A DNA stretch of 63,722 bases from Carcharhinus longimanus (lineage: Eukaryota), in assembly GCA_030264375.1 (NCBI GenBank), contig JASCQW010000105.1:44794727-44858448 (forward strand), written 5' to 3'. This document shows, in pieces, positions 25,524 to 37,219 of the stretch. Position numbers and translations under genes: made by a program. Positions within the stretch are counted from its first letter, which is position 1. Every line of letters begins with the position of its first letter. The notes beneath the pieces were generated by a model. The model was not told where the DNA came from. It did not search any database and was given only the letters and a program-made list of their open reading frames with translations.

Positions 25524-27815
25524 AGGAGGTATTTTCCCAAAATATTTCATAATGGCGTGAAAACAGAAGTTGTAAGCACCGGTCTCTTTGACATGCTCCA
25601 CCGTACATTCCTTCAACACTCGGGCAATGAAAGAGCCTCAAAGCGAATCACGCCATTATGGAGAGTCCAGGCACCTGACTCACCCAAAGTGGCTGCAGCT
25701 GTGTGCCGTTGATAAGGAAGAGATGAACAGAAGCTCTAATAATACATTCACAGTCAGTGACGCCAGGAAGGTGGCACTGCATAGAGTAGCTCCACACTTT
25801 ACGAAGGAAGAGCTGGGACAGCTGCTGGAGGCCATTGAGGAGGGCCATCTTCTTCCCATAGACAGTCAACGGCCCAGGCTGTCAATACGGCCTGGGAAGT
25901 GGTGGCAGCGGTGTTAGGAGTCAGTGCGTATGCACTGACATGGAGGAAGGGCAGCCAGTGCAGAAAGGAAATTAATGACTTCCTTTAGGCAGTAAGGGTG
26001 AGTGTCCATCTCATCCTGGCATCAGCCCTGCCTGTTGCACCTGGAATGTCCATGCCGATCCACCTCCTGACACTCCATGGCCTTCCAGCACCCAACTCCT
26101 AGCACCTAGCACCTTTTTCCAACCTATCCGGCACCCCTGTCATAACTCCTCTCTGTCGAGACACAGTGCTGGCATAGGCCACCCAATTGTCCTCAGCCCA
26201 CTCACCCTCCCAGCCATCAGGGTTTCAATACCCTCTTTTGTTCCATAGGAGAAGATGGCCCATGACTGAAGGAAGTAGGAGAAAATTGGAGGTGGGGTCC
26301 ACAAGCCGCATCTCCTCCCTCTCTTTGAGGAACGCTGGAACTGTCAAGGGAGGCAGCACAGAGGGCTGTGACCGACAGCCAAGTCAGCATGTGCCACAGA
26401 AGTGAGGATCCACAAAACCTTCATTCATGACCGACCTCAAGTAAGTTGCAATCTGCCGAGATACTTGTCCCTTGCTTGCCATGAACCATGTGTCTTGTAC
26501 TGCAGGAGATGACCCTGATGAGATCGAACTGTTAGAAGCCATTGCTCCCCTCCCCCAACACTCCCAACTGAGACCCCTGTCGACATTTCAGAGGAAAGCT
26601 CCAAGGAAAGCTCCAAGGAATGTACCTACCACTCGACACAGGCATCACCCACAACATCTTGCCAGCGTCAATACACTCACCACAGTGAGGCTTCTGAGTC
26701 ACTTTATGATCATCATAACACAGCCATACATGCACATCAGCTGGAGGCGGAAATACCTGAGAGCTCGGGAGCTGGTGGTTTGCTGGAGCCAAGGAAACAG
26801 CTGGAGCTAAGGAAACAATTGGCCCCCAGCCAGGTGCCAAGTTGCTGGAGATGTAGAGGCAAAGCAAGGCATCGTAGGAGAGGATGTCAGCAACGTTTTT
26901 TCAACTGTGAGGCTATTTGGAGGAGTCCCACAGCCTTCAGATGCAGGAAGATAGCACCAGCATTGCATGGCACCCAGACCAACAATGCAGTAGAAAGCTT
27001 AGGACAAGAAATGGTTGCATTGGAGGCAGAGTAGAAGGCTAAGTTGTGGAAGACTATGGCTGAGGGCACTAGGAGCATACTGGAGACACAGAGTGTCATG
27101 GCTGTGGGCCTCAAAACATAGCCCAGTCACTGAGGGGCGCCAGAGCTTGGTCCAGACTCAGAGAGCTGTCACTAAGGGCTCTCACACCATGGTGCTGACA
27201 ATGTTGGGCCTCCTGGATTGGCAGAGCAGGTGACCCTGTTCACCCCAGCTGCCCCATTCCATGGAGTATTCCAGGGGCTATCAGGTACCCTGATGGAGGA
27301 GAAAGGACTGGAAACCATGCCTATCACATTCGGGAGACTCCGACTGTTCCCTGACCTTCCGAATCACCCCCTCCAGACACCGGTGCGTCCCACAGGCTGC
27401 GGGCTGAACAGAGTGCAACAACTACATCCGTGACACATCATCCCGCACCATGGCAGCGGCTGCAAAACACCCCACACCCGCAAACACCACCCAGGGGTTG
27501 ATGCTCAATGGTACTGACTTCCTCGCTCTCCCTTGCTCTTGCTGTGCCTGAGCCACATTTTTATCGAGCAGCAGCGATTCGCACCAGCGTGACATCTCGC
27601 TGGAGAGGTGGAAAGCATCTGGAAGGGGATAGCGTGTGTGCTGAACTTGTTAATGATAACAAAATCAGTCAAATTCATGCTCAAGGAGCTGGCAAGACAG
27701 CAAGTCATTTGGCGCGGACACAAATTGGATTGTTAGCTTTACATGCTATATTCCCAGCTCGCTGCACTGACTGTCGGGTGCAGCGAGGTAGTAAAACTGT
27801 GCCCATTCAATGGCT
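25524..27815 (+). mobile_element. PIF/Harbinger derivative carrying only the Myb/SANT-like partner gene
   Basis: Termini ggaggtattttcc and gtaaaactgtgccc, a subterminal 10-bp hairpin (ctcgctgcac/gtgcagcgag), and an internal Myb/SANT pseudogene. Confidence 0.8.
25771..27240 (+). pseudogene. Myb/SANT-like DNA-binding protein of Harbinger (NAIF1/MSANTD-like), spliced and disrupted
   Basis: RVAPHFTKEELGQLLEAIE..AWEVVA..RKGSQCRKEINDF, donor gtgagt at 25998, acceptor at 26248, exon 2 EKMAHD*RK*EKIGGG. Contains stops and frameshifts. Confidence 0.8.
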
Positions 27816-28811
27816 CAGTTTCCACAGCTCTCTGCTAACATAAGTCTGAGTGAGCATAAATAGATTTGCCTGTACGTGTCAGAAATTCTCATTCTCTTAA
27901 CGGAATCATTTAGTTAAACAGAACTGTTAGCATTGTGCTTCAAGTTGATGGTGGCTGATCCAGTTTAATTGTGCTGTCAGTAATCTAAGATGAATGGACC
28001 TTATGTTCACTGGTTGTTTTGTAAACCCCACACATGGGACTTGACTGTTCAAGGAAATTAATTAAGAGAAGGTTTTTAATGAATTGGGCCCCATTAGTTC
28101 CGAGAGCTTTTGTATACACTGCATGATGTAAAGCTGCTTGAGTGTTACTGATGCTGCAAAGACGTAGCAAGTGGTGAGTAATCACAGCTTTGCATCTTTA
28201 AATGGTAAAGGTGCTGTGAGGACTCAAGAGGTAAGCCACTTATTGTGGGTTACTCTGTCTCTGGCTTGCTCTTGTAGCCATGGTCTTGATATAGTTGGTT
28301 TATTTAACTGCTGACTAGACATGAGGTTATTTAAGGTTATCCAGGGTAGCCCTCCCTTGTAATGGGTTTGGTGATATTTAATCTGACAGGAGAATGGTGG
28401 ATGGGGACAAAATTCTTCGCAGCTCTACTCCAATTAAGCCTCTAGTGGAAGTCCTTGCTGTCTTGTTGCCAACTGAAGCCCTTAATTGAGCAATTAGTTC
28501 CCATTTAAGGGGCTCATTCCACTGCTGGTAATGGATGAGAGATTTGCCTTGCGGAAAGGGCAAAGAGCAATCCCAGGATTGCTTGCAAGCTTCTAGGGGG
28601 TCCATCCTCTCAGTGCCTGATTGAGGGGCTCAGTATTGGCAAGCGGGGTTGTCTCCTGAGAACCATACCTCTGCCCTCATTGCCAATGCCTTCCCCCCCA
28701 ACTCCCACCCACCAAAATCTACCTGTGGCCTGGGTTCATTGACGATTCCGGGTCTCAGGCAGGTGCATGACCAGCAGTAGCCACCATCTCCTCATTGTTG
28801 GTGACAAACTT

Positions 28812-29150
28812 CATAGAATGCTGATGGGCAGAAGGAGGCCATTCAGTCCAGCACCGATTCTCCGACAGAGCTTCTTACTCAGGCTCACCCTGCCTTCTCC
28901 CGCTGACCCCATGTATTTACCTCGCTAATCCTCCTAACCTACACATTTTGGGATACTAAGGGACAATTTGGCATGGCCAATCCACGTGACCTACATATCT
29001 TTGGACGGTAGGCGGAAAGCAATGCACTCAGAAGAAACCCACACATGCATGGGGAGAATGTGCAAACTCTACACAGATAGTCACCCAAGGCTGGAATCGA
29101 ACCCGCGTTCCTGGTGCTGGGAGATAGCAGTGCTAACCACTGTGTTGCGC
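28812..29150 (-). mobile_element. HE1/V-SINE, tail type A (CR1/HER1-like)
   Basis: Reverse-complement head, V-domain and gaatggcctccttctgc...attctatg tail. Confidence 0.9.
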
Positions 29151-29550
29151 ACGCCCAATCTCTGATCTGCTGGCCTTCTCCCCAGGCAGAACATCTGTCC
29201 TGGGGTCTGTGATCCAGGAAAAGGTCCGCTGCTGCCTAATTAAGCTTCTAATTCACACATATTGTGGTTGGAATTCCTCAAAAGAGGCAACGTGGGCTCT
29301 TATCAGCTTATGAGACTCCTGTTGCCTACATTAAATACTACCCCAGGTTGGGCTGTAAGTTGATGTGGGGAACTTCAGATTGTGAAAGGAGTTGAACCCC
29401 ATGCAATGATCTGAAATGCCCCTCTTCTGATTATTTGATCACACAAAGGTCATGAATGAAGCAGTTGGAGATGTTTGGGCTGAGAACACACCTGAGTGTG
29501 CATGTGCATGTACTAGTTTGCACCTGTATCTTTGCCTTGGAGAAGCATTG

Positions 29551-29685
29551 ATGGAAACTTTATATAATAGTCCAATGTGATTATGTCATCTATAAATGTG
29601 AAAATTATTTTGCTTTTGATTATATAATGCTTATATAGATTTATAGATGACATAATCTCATTGGACTATTATATAAAGTTTCCAT
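29551..29685. repeat. Long inverted repeat (47-bp arms, 1 mismatch, 41-nt spacer)
   Basis: 29551-29597 is the reverse complement of 29639-29685 at 46 of 47 positions. Confidence 0.95.
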
Positions 29686-29689
29686 TAAG

Positions 29690-30668
29690 TGTAAGATTTG
29701 GGATTCAGAGGTATTAAAACTTTTTAATTAAAATCTCCAAGGTCCAAATTCTTAATTTTGAACTTTAGGATCCTCAATTGTGTCCGACGTAACCAAGTAC
29801 AAATAACTAGTATTAATTAATCAGGTAGATTTTATCAAGAAAGATTTTACATACACTTAACAAAAACAGTGAAGACAGCCTGGAAATTCCTTATCCCTCA
29901 AATTCCTTGGATTCTTTAAGCATTGCCAACTTAGGCGATGCACTTCTCTTCTAGATTCTGGAGTGAAGTTGAACTGTGTTGCAGAAGAATCATACCACAC
30001 AAGCCATAGTACAATGTGTCAATTTTTCCAACTTTCATCCCCATTGTTTTTATTATTTCACAATTCCTTATTTGTGATAAAATCCCTTATTTAAATTCAC
30101 CACTTCTATTGGCTTAGGGTGTGAATCATCTCGTGTCATCCCATCCCTGTAACTAGAACGTTGTCAGCTAAAGACAAGTGCCCATATCTTGTTCCCCAGG
30201 CCCAAAGAGTGTGCATCTCCATTCTGAACAAACAACACGTGTCCTTTAGATACAGAGCCATTAAGGACAAATATTAATAACACTTCATATCGTAATGTCA
30301 AAACAGAAAAGGCACTTTTCAATGTTCCCTCGGGTACAGATGTTCTGTTTCACAAATATAGTTAATTAGTTAAATCAATTCATGAGTCATTCTAAGTAAG
30401 CTAACTTCTTCGTCATTCCCTGAAAGCTGATAATGGACTCTAAACTATACACAATGAAATTAAGACAACATAGAACTGTTGAATCCAGACTCTCAGGCAA
30501 CTTTAAGGTCATAAATCCATGAAGCGTAGCTTCTCACAAACAACAGCTGCCATTCTGTTCCCAAGTATGTACAAACTGAACCATTAAAAAATGGTTAATG
30601 ATAAAATCTATAAATGTTTCAGACCAACAATGGACTCTATAAGTTAGTAGTATTACCAAAGTCTTACA
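29690..30668 (-). mobile_element. Solo LTR (about 980 bp)
   Basis: TG...CA ends with terminal inverted repeat tgtaagatttgg / ccaaagtcttaca. TSD not preserved. Orientation tentative. Confidence 0.7.
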
Positions 30669-31336
30669 CATGTCATTGGCTATATTGGTGTTACTAAATG
30701 TGGGTAACCGTCATGTTAAGAAATGGTACCTTTCATAAAGGTTCAAGTACCCCTTTCTGCCGGCTCATTTGGCACTTAGAATTTTATGGCAAGATTACCT
30801 CTTTAGTACTCTTTTGTTAAGATTGTGCCCACTGTGTTGACATCTAGCAGGATACTTGCATTCAGACAAAATGACCATTGATTCAGTGAATCAGAGGTTT
30901 AGAGTTTGGTTCCCACTCCAGACAGTTTGGTGAGATCTTAATATTGAAGAACTATTAAGAAGTTCATAGAAAGACCCTGCATAGCTTTAAACACGGTTAC
31001 CTCTCGTCGTGAAGACTTTCTGGCAGGCCAGCAACGAGAAAGTATTCTGAAGATGAAACCCTCAAGGAAGGCAACATGAAGCCATGGCAGCTATAATTCC
31101 TTCCTCATGGCTCATGAATCTCATGCACTGACTTGAGTTAGGACACAATGGATCAGCCCCAAGTCAGAAAATAGGAAATGAAGTATGCCATGCTGTCATT
31201 TGAACCTTTAAAGAAGGTCATAGCTGACATACATTCCAACTCAATTTACTAATCTTTGCCTAGCAAAAACCTATTGGTCTCAATCTTGAAAATTTTAGTG
31301 GATATTCTTTTGGCGATCAAAACTGACTGCAGTCTG

Positions 31337-31382
31337 ATCAGCTGCACAGAACCTTGTCTGATCAAGGTTCCGTGCAGCTGAT
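31337..31382. repeat. Hairpin with 20-bp stem (1 mismatch) and 6-nt loop
   Basis: atcagctgcacagaaccttg-tctgat-caaggttccgtgcagctgat. Confidence 0.9.
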
Positions 31383-32129
31383 GCATCACTTATTGCCTTT
31401 TTCATTCCATCAACTTTGAGATAACGACCAGAGTCCCATTCAATTTTGGGATTACTTTTTGTACCTGGATACTAGCCAATGTTCAGGTGTGAGCCCAGAT
31501 AGTGAGCATCAACAAGTTACTCAATCATTCAAAACATTACAGTTGTGTTCATTCATGCCCTGACTGAGTACTACTGCAAGTTAATTTTTGAACATAAGCC
31601 AGTACAATACTAATCAAGAAAAGAAACCAGAGTTGATTTCAAGAGTACTTAAACCAACAATAGAGCTCCTACCACTATTCTAGCTGAGATCCTGCACAAG
31701 GCAGGGATCAAAGTACTTATTCTGCAAAGGGCTGAATTCTAATGAGTTTACTTGGTTCTCTTTGCAAATGAGAGCTTCCAATGGTGGATTCAATCCAAAA
31801 CTTAACTTTAGGCATATAATAAACGGGATACAAAATGTCACAAAAATCCACTCTATTATGTACTTGTAGTTGGGTATAATGCGAGATTCCATTATGGCAT
31901 TTCAAAAGGCAGATCCTTTCAATCATATAGATAATCTTGATAATAGGCTAAATTATTGAATAGGTTTAGTTACAAATAGAATGTTTCTGAAGGCAAACAA
32001 AACAATATGGTATTGAAGTTAACACGCAGAAGATGAACACTCAGGAGGGAGGCTCCAAAAGGTAATATTGTGTCACATGGCAAACGAGAGGTCATGCACA
32101 ACCTTGATTCAAGAAAGAGATGAAAAGAT

Positions 32130-32520
32130 ACTTTATAAATCAGAGCCAATGGGATAGGGAACAAGCACAGAAAGAAATAGAAGAGGTAAATAAAATGTTA
32201 GCCTTTGTATTCAGAGAACTGGAATATGTGGGGGTAGAAGTCATGTTTCAGCTATACAAGGCCCTGGTGTGACCACATCTGGTGGACAATGAGTGGTCTG
32301 TGCATCAGTTCATCAAAAGGCATATTAGTCTCGGAAAGACTGTTCTGTACAGTTTACTGAAATTAAACCTGGAATTCAAGGATGAAATTGTAAGGATAAA
32401 TTATAGAAACTATAGTCTTGGAATTCACAAAACAAAAAGGTGATTTGATCAACACTTTCAAAATTTTAGGGAGAAGAGTAGTTGGAGAGACATTATGGGA
32501 AGAATTTTCCATTTTCTGCA
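32130..32520 (+). mobile_element. CR1 ORF2 C-terminal fragment; its tail resumes at about 33810-33880
   Basis: VNKMLAFVFRELEYVGVEVMFQLYKALV*PHL, followed later by GDLINTFKIL. Confidence 0.75.
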
Positions 32521-32735
32521 CAGATTGTTGGCTGAGGTGAGAAAACCAGCATGCAGCTTGTAGAATGCACAACTGGCTTTTCTCTCCAGATAATCGTATT
32601 CTGTTGAAAAAGTCTAGAGGTGTGGCCCACACCATCACACTGGTGGAGGAGGGCCAGTAGCAGGGAATCCAATTTAAAATACAGAACCTCATTCCCCACC
32701 CCCAGCCCCCTCAAACATAACAAACCAAATGTGCC

Positions 32736-33573
32736 TGTTAGGGACCAGATCCAAAAGGCTAAAGTATATTGTGAAGTTAGCCTGGACTCTAACTTATTTT
32801 GATTTTAGCATTAGTGTGAACATAAGGTGTTTCCCTCCAGATGTGATTCCATTAACCCACTAGGAAGCTTTCATTTAAACAAATTTTATTTAAGAACATA
32901 GTTAGAATATAACTGAAAGAATTAGCATAACCTTTACCAACTTAAATACTTAACATGACAAGTTATAATTCATAACAACTAGTTATCTCTACAGTTTCAA
33001 TTTAAGTAATATCCCCAAAGACATACATCCTTCTTCAGAACTAGTTAACACAAAAAAAAACAGATATGCCCACGTGGATGCTAGATTTCTAGCCTTTTAA
33101 CACTTCTGGACAGACATCCAGAAAGACACCTCCTTCTGACTCCCATACAACTGTTTCCAGAGAAGGATCTACCTTCATACAACAACTCCAGGGAAAGACC
33201 TATTTTCTGGCAGATCCCAGTTTCCAAATCCAGAGAGAGAAGGGGACAGACAGAGCGCTATTTCTTCTCCCTACAGCTCCCAAACTGCAATTGAACTGGG
33301 TTTCTCTCTGCAAGCCTGGCTCTGCCCAGGCAAGTGACTTTACTTGTCAATCGACCTAATCAAGTCTCACTCTGAAAAATACCAGGAGAAAACACAAAAA
33401 TAACAACCTTGCATTAGTCCTGATTAAAACAAACATTCTAACAATTAAGATCAATTATGCTGCTGCAGCAACAATAGAAGATGCTGGTTCCAGACAAAAC
33501 AGCACCGATAAATAGAAGTGACTGCCAAAAAAGAATCCTGTACAACATGATACAAATACACAGGATCATCGCA
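32736..33573 (-). mobile_element. Solo LTR (838 bp) with 5-bp TSD
   Basis: GTGCC|TG...CA|GTGCC (32731-32735 and 33574-33578). Minus-strand AATAAA near 32885. Confidence 0.85.
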
Positions 33574-33953
33574 GTGCCCTCCATACTTTTCCTTTGCTTG
33601 GTCCTCATTTATGAAAAGTAGTTAAAAATCTTGCTGANNNNNNNNNNCCCCCCCCCCCCCTTGCTGATCTGACATCATGTTGATGAAGGGGAAGTCCAAA
33701 TGTGGGGGAATGACATGGCGGGGAAGCTTGTTAATTATATTAAACTATATTAAAATTTATTGAAGTGAGGTTTCCGAACTTCCTGGACTGATACACAGTC
33801 TTAGGCTGCATATCATCCATGATCTCACTGAATGTTGGAACAGGCTTAAGGGGTGACGCGGCTGAGTCCTCTTGCTATGTTCATCAAATATATAATTTTC
33901 AGGATCAAATAAGCAATATTATTGCTTACTTGATCTCTTATTTGATCCCACCT

Positions 33954-34048
33954 CTGACAAAGGGTCATTCTGACTCAAAATGTTGGCTCTACTCTCTCTT
34001 CACTGAGGCTGTCAGATCTGCTGAAAGTTCCCAGCATATTCTGTTATT
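33954..34048 (+). mobile_element. Penelope-like pLTR fragment with degenerate hammerhead core (related pieces at 42415-42494 minus and about 49311-49360 plus)
   Basis: ctgacaaagggtcattctgactcaaaatgttggctct...gctgtcagatctgctg; the reverse-complement copy is at 42415-42494. Confidence 0.65.
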
Positions 34049-36010
34049 CTTGAAGCAATATTATTCTTCAGAAAGCAAGCAGAAGAATAAGCTCTTGCTT
34101 TGGAAACTGGTTGAACATCGCCACAAATCTGTATAACTTAAAAATGGTAAGGATTATCAATTGGGGCTATTTATGTGGATCATGAAGATACATCATTTGG
34201 ATTTGGGCACTTCCATACAATTTTAGTCCATTTTATAAGGCAGACACATTCCAGTCACACTTGGCAGTCAACAAGTATTTTTGCCTGTCGTACATGAGCA
34301 CTTAACGACACTTCAATTAAGACTCATATCAAACATGTCAAAATATTTTCTCACTTTCAAAGTGGTACAGTGATAGTAAATCAGGCACTTTGTGGATAAT
34401 GTTTGACTACCACCCAGACGTCAATCCAAAAGTATGAATTGCCAGTCCATTGTAGAGGCCACCTGATTTTTTTCCCAGTGAAATTAATGGGATGAAAACT
34501 AAACAGATGCTACAAAGGATACATAATCAGTTTGCTGCATATGTGTAGTGCCATGGTACTAATCAAAAAAATATTCCTCACCCAACGCCCCCTCGCCTCG
34601 TTTCTGAGTAAATAAGATGACTGCAAAGAAAATGTAAACTCCATTTTAAATATGGTGCTTAACATTATTATTTCAGATGAAATGAAAACAAGAGAATCCA
34701 TTTTTCCAAATTGTCATTCTTCTGTGGGACTCAGTTGCAAGTCAATCAATGTTCTAACAACTGCCCCTTCAGGGAAGCTAGAAAAATTGGGAACTGCACT
34801 TCATAGAGGCTTTCATGGTCTAAGTGCCTGTGGTTATGAGTTAAGTACAAACCACCAGCCAGCAAAGCACAGCATCAAACTTAGACCAGACACAGAACTT
34901 GTGGATCAAGGATATCCAGTTAGCAAGAACTTTACGAATGGACATGAAGTTATATATATTAATTTCAGGCTTAATAATTTCATGTTCATTTGTAACACTT
35001 GCTGATACATATAAAATAGAGTCTCTTATTTAAACCATCATTATTGAAGCTTAACATTGGGGGATGATTTGTGTGCTTGTTGTAGTTTTAAACTGCTGTC
35101 TACCACAGGGATGCTGAATAAAAAGTGCTTCTGTCTGTTTCATGCAATTATTTATCTGCAGGAATAATTGGTTCATTGAAATTCAAACAGACAATATTGC
35201 TGACCTGCTTATCATAAATTATGAGAAAGGATTAGAATAAATAAATTAATGGAGTGCTCAGTTCTCAAAGGATTAAGATTTGTAGGCTAATTGAATAAAA
35301 TACAATAAACTACAGTCCATTTTTTTTTCTGTTCTAGAATGCAATAAGTTATCCTCTCTCTCATGAGCCTGGGTTTTCATTATTTATATAGTCACAGCTC
35401 TTAAAACCAGATGTACAAATTGATTCCATATTATCTGGAGCCGTATTGTGTCTCACTTAAAACATTCTGCAAACACCCGCTGGTTAAGTGAAATGATGGA
35501 AAGACTCCTCTTAGGCATTTTCAAATTAATAAAGTGAGCATCACTCTTGCTTTGTTTATAGATTACAAAGGGGCACAGTGGGATTTGTCCACCAGGCAAA
35601 ACAGCTCACTGTAATGCATTACAGTGACCATTTTAATCAATTGTCCAGAGTAGCTACATTAGTTTTAAGCATATCTCAATATCAGTCAGCTTAAATCTGC
35701 AGGGTAAAATAAAGGTTATTTCATTTGGTCTATGCAATTACATTTAAAGTGACACCATCAATTTCCTCGCCCATTCTATAAGCAGAGCATAATAATTTGG
35801 TGCCATAAGAAACACAGCATCTAATTTCCATGTTTGCTGCATCTGTAAACTGACACAAATGAAACATTTGTCCCTTAGAGGGTGAGACTGTAGAATTAAT
35901 AATGGGAAACCAGGAAATGGTAGAGACTTAGAGCAAATCTTTTGTATCTGTCTTCACAGAGGATGACAGAGAAAACATCCCAAAAATAATAGAAAATCAA
36001 AAGGTAAAAG

Positions 36011-36576
36011 CGTCGTTGACTTTAACTATAAACAACACTGAAACTGCAGTCGACTTAGATACAGACAATAGTTAAACCCAGAGTACTCAAATCTTTAAGC
36101 TTTAATAACTTGTGCACAAGTGAGAGCACGAGGCAAGCAAAGTACTGCAGGGAGTTTTGTTGATTTATACAGAAAATTTAGCAGTTATCATTAATTACAA
36201 CAAATGAGAAATGAGCAATTTTTCTAATCCTTCATTTGCATACATATTCACCAATCATAGCACAGCCTTTTGCCCTTTCTTATCCAGTGGAAAACCAATC
36301 CTTCATTAGCATAATATGTCCCCATATCTTGCTATTTGATAATTGTCATGGTAACTTGTTCATTGTTTTCATCCTGTTGTCCTAGTCTAGAATGCAGTGT
36401 ATATGGAAAAAGGTTTTAGATATACTAACATATCCTGAGTACACAAGCGTTAATCTTACTGAAGGCCTAACTGAAGGCCTTGTTTGGCTAATAATCATTT
36501 TCCATTACTTGACAGTTTTTCTTTTGACAATTATGGAACTTGAATTTTCACAATTGTTTGTAACCTAACTTCCACA
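36011..36576 (-). mobile_element. Solo LTR (566 bp) with 4-bp TSD
   Basis: AAAG duplicated at 36007-36010 and 36577-36580. Minus strand starts TG and ends CG (mutated CA), with TATAAA followed by ATTAAA. Confidence 0.8.
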
Positions 36577-36812
36577 AAAGGAAAGAATTGAAAACAATTA
36601 CATTCACCATAGACAAAGTAAAAGGAAAAGTAATGGGACTAAAGGCTGATAGGTCCTCTAGATCTGATGGGCCTCAAAGGAAGTGGCTGCAGAAGGAATG
36701 GATGCATTGGTTGTAACATTCCAAAATTCCCTGTATTCTGGAAAGGTCCCATCGGCTTGGAAAATCGCAAATGTAACACCACAATCCAAGGAAGTGGGGA
36801 GACAGAAGCCAG

Positions 36813-36924
36813 GAGTGGGATTTTATGACCCTGGGCCAGAAAATGAGGCAAGCTATTCAAAAGTCCATTGGCTTTGGCGGGACTGGAAGACCTTACCAAC
36901 AGGAAGGGCAATACAATCCCATCC
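36813..36924. mobile_element. PIF/Harbinger MITE (112 bp) with CAG TSD
   Basis: CAG at 36810-36812 and 36925-36927; TIRs gagtgggattttat and atacaatcccatcc. Confidence 0.85.
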
Positions 36925-37219
36925 CAGAAAACTGTGGACTAATTAGTCTGACATCTGTCATTGGGAAAATGCTTGAATCCATTATTAAGGGGATAATAGC
37001 AGGCCATTTAGAAAATCAGAATGCAATCAGGCAGAGTCAACATGGTTCTCTGAAAAGGAAACTATGCTTTACAAATTGATTAGAACTCTTTGGGGATTTC
37101 ATCAGCAAGGTGGATAAAGGTGAACCAGTAGATGAAGTGTTTGAAATAGCAAAGGGCATTTGATAAAGTGCCACTTAAAGATTGCTGCACAAATTAAAAG
37201 CAAATTAATTTGGATGTGA

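Larger units (their letters stand above)
35875..37200 (+). mobile_element. CR1 ORF2 fragment interrupted by a solo LTR and a MITE
   Basis: FVSVFTEDD, LKADRSSRSDG, GKVPSAWKIANVTP, LISLTSVIGKMLESIIK, QSQHG and AKGI/FDKVP motifs. Confidence 0.9.
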
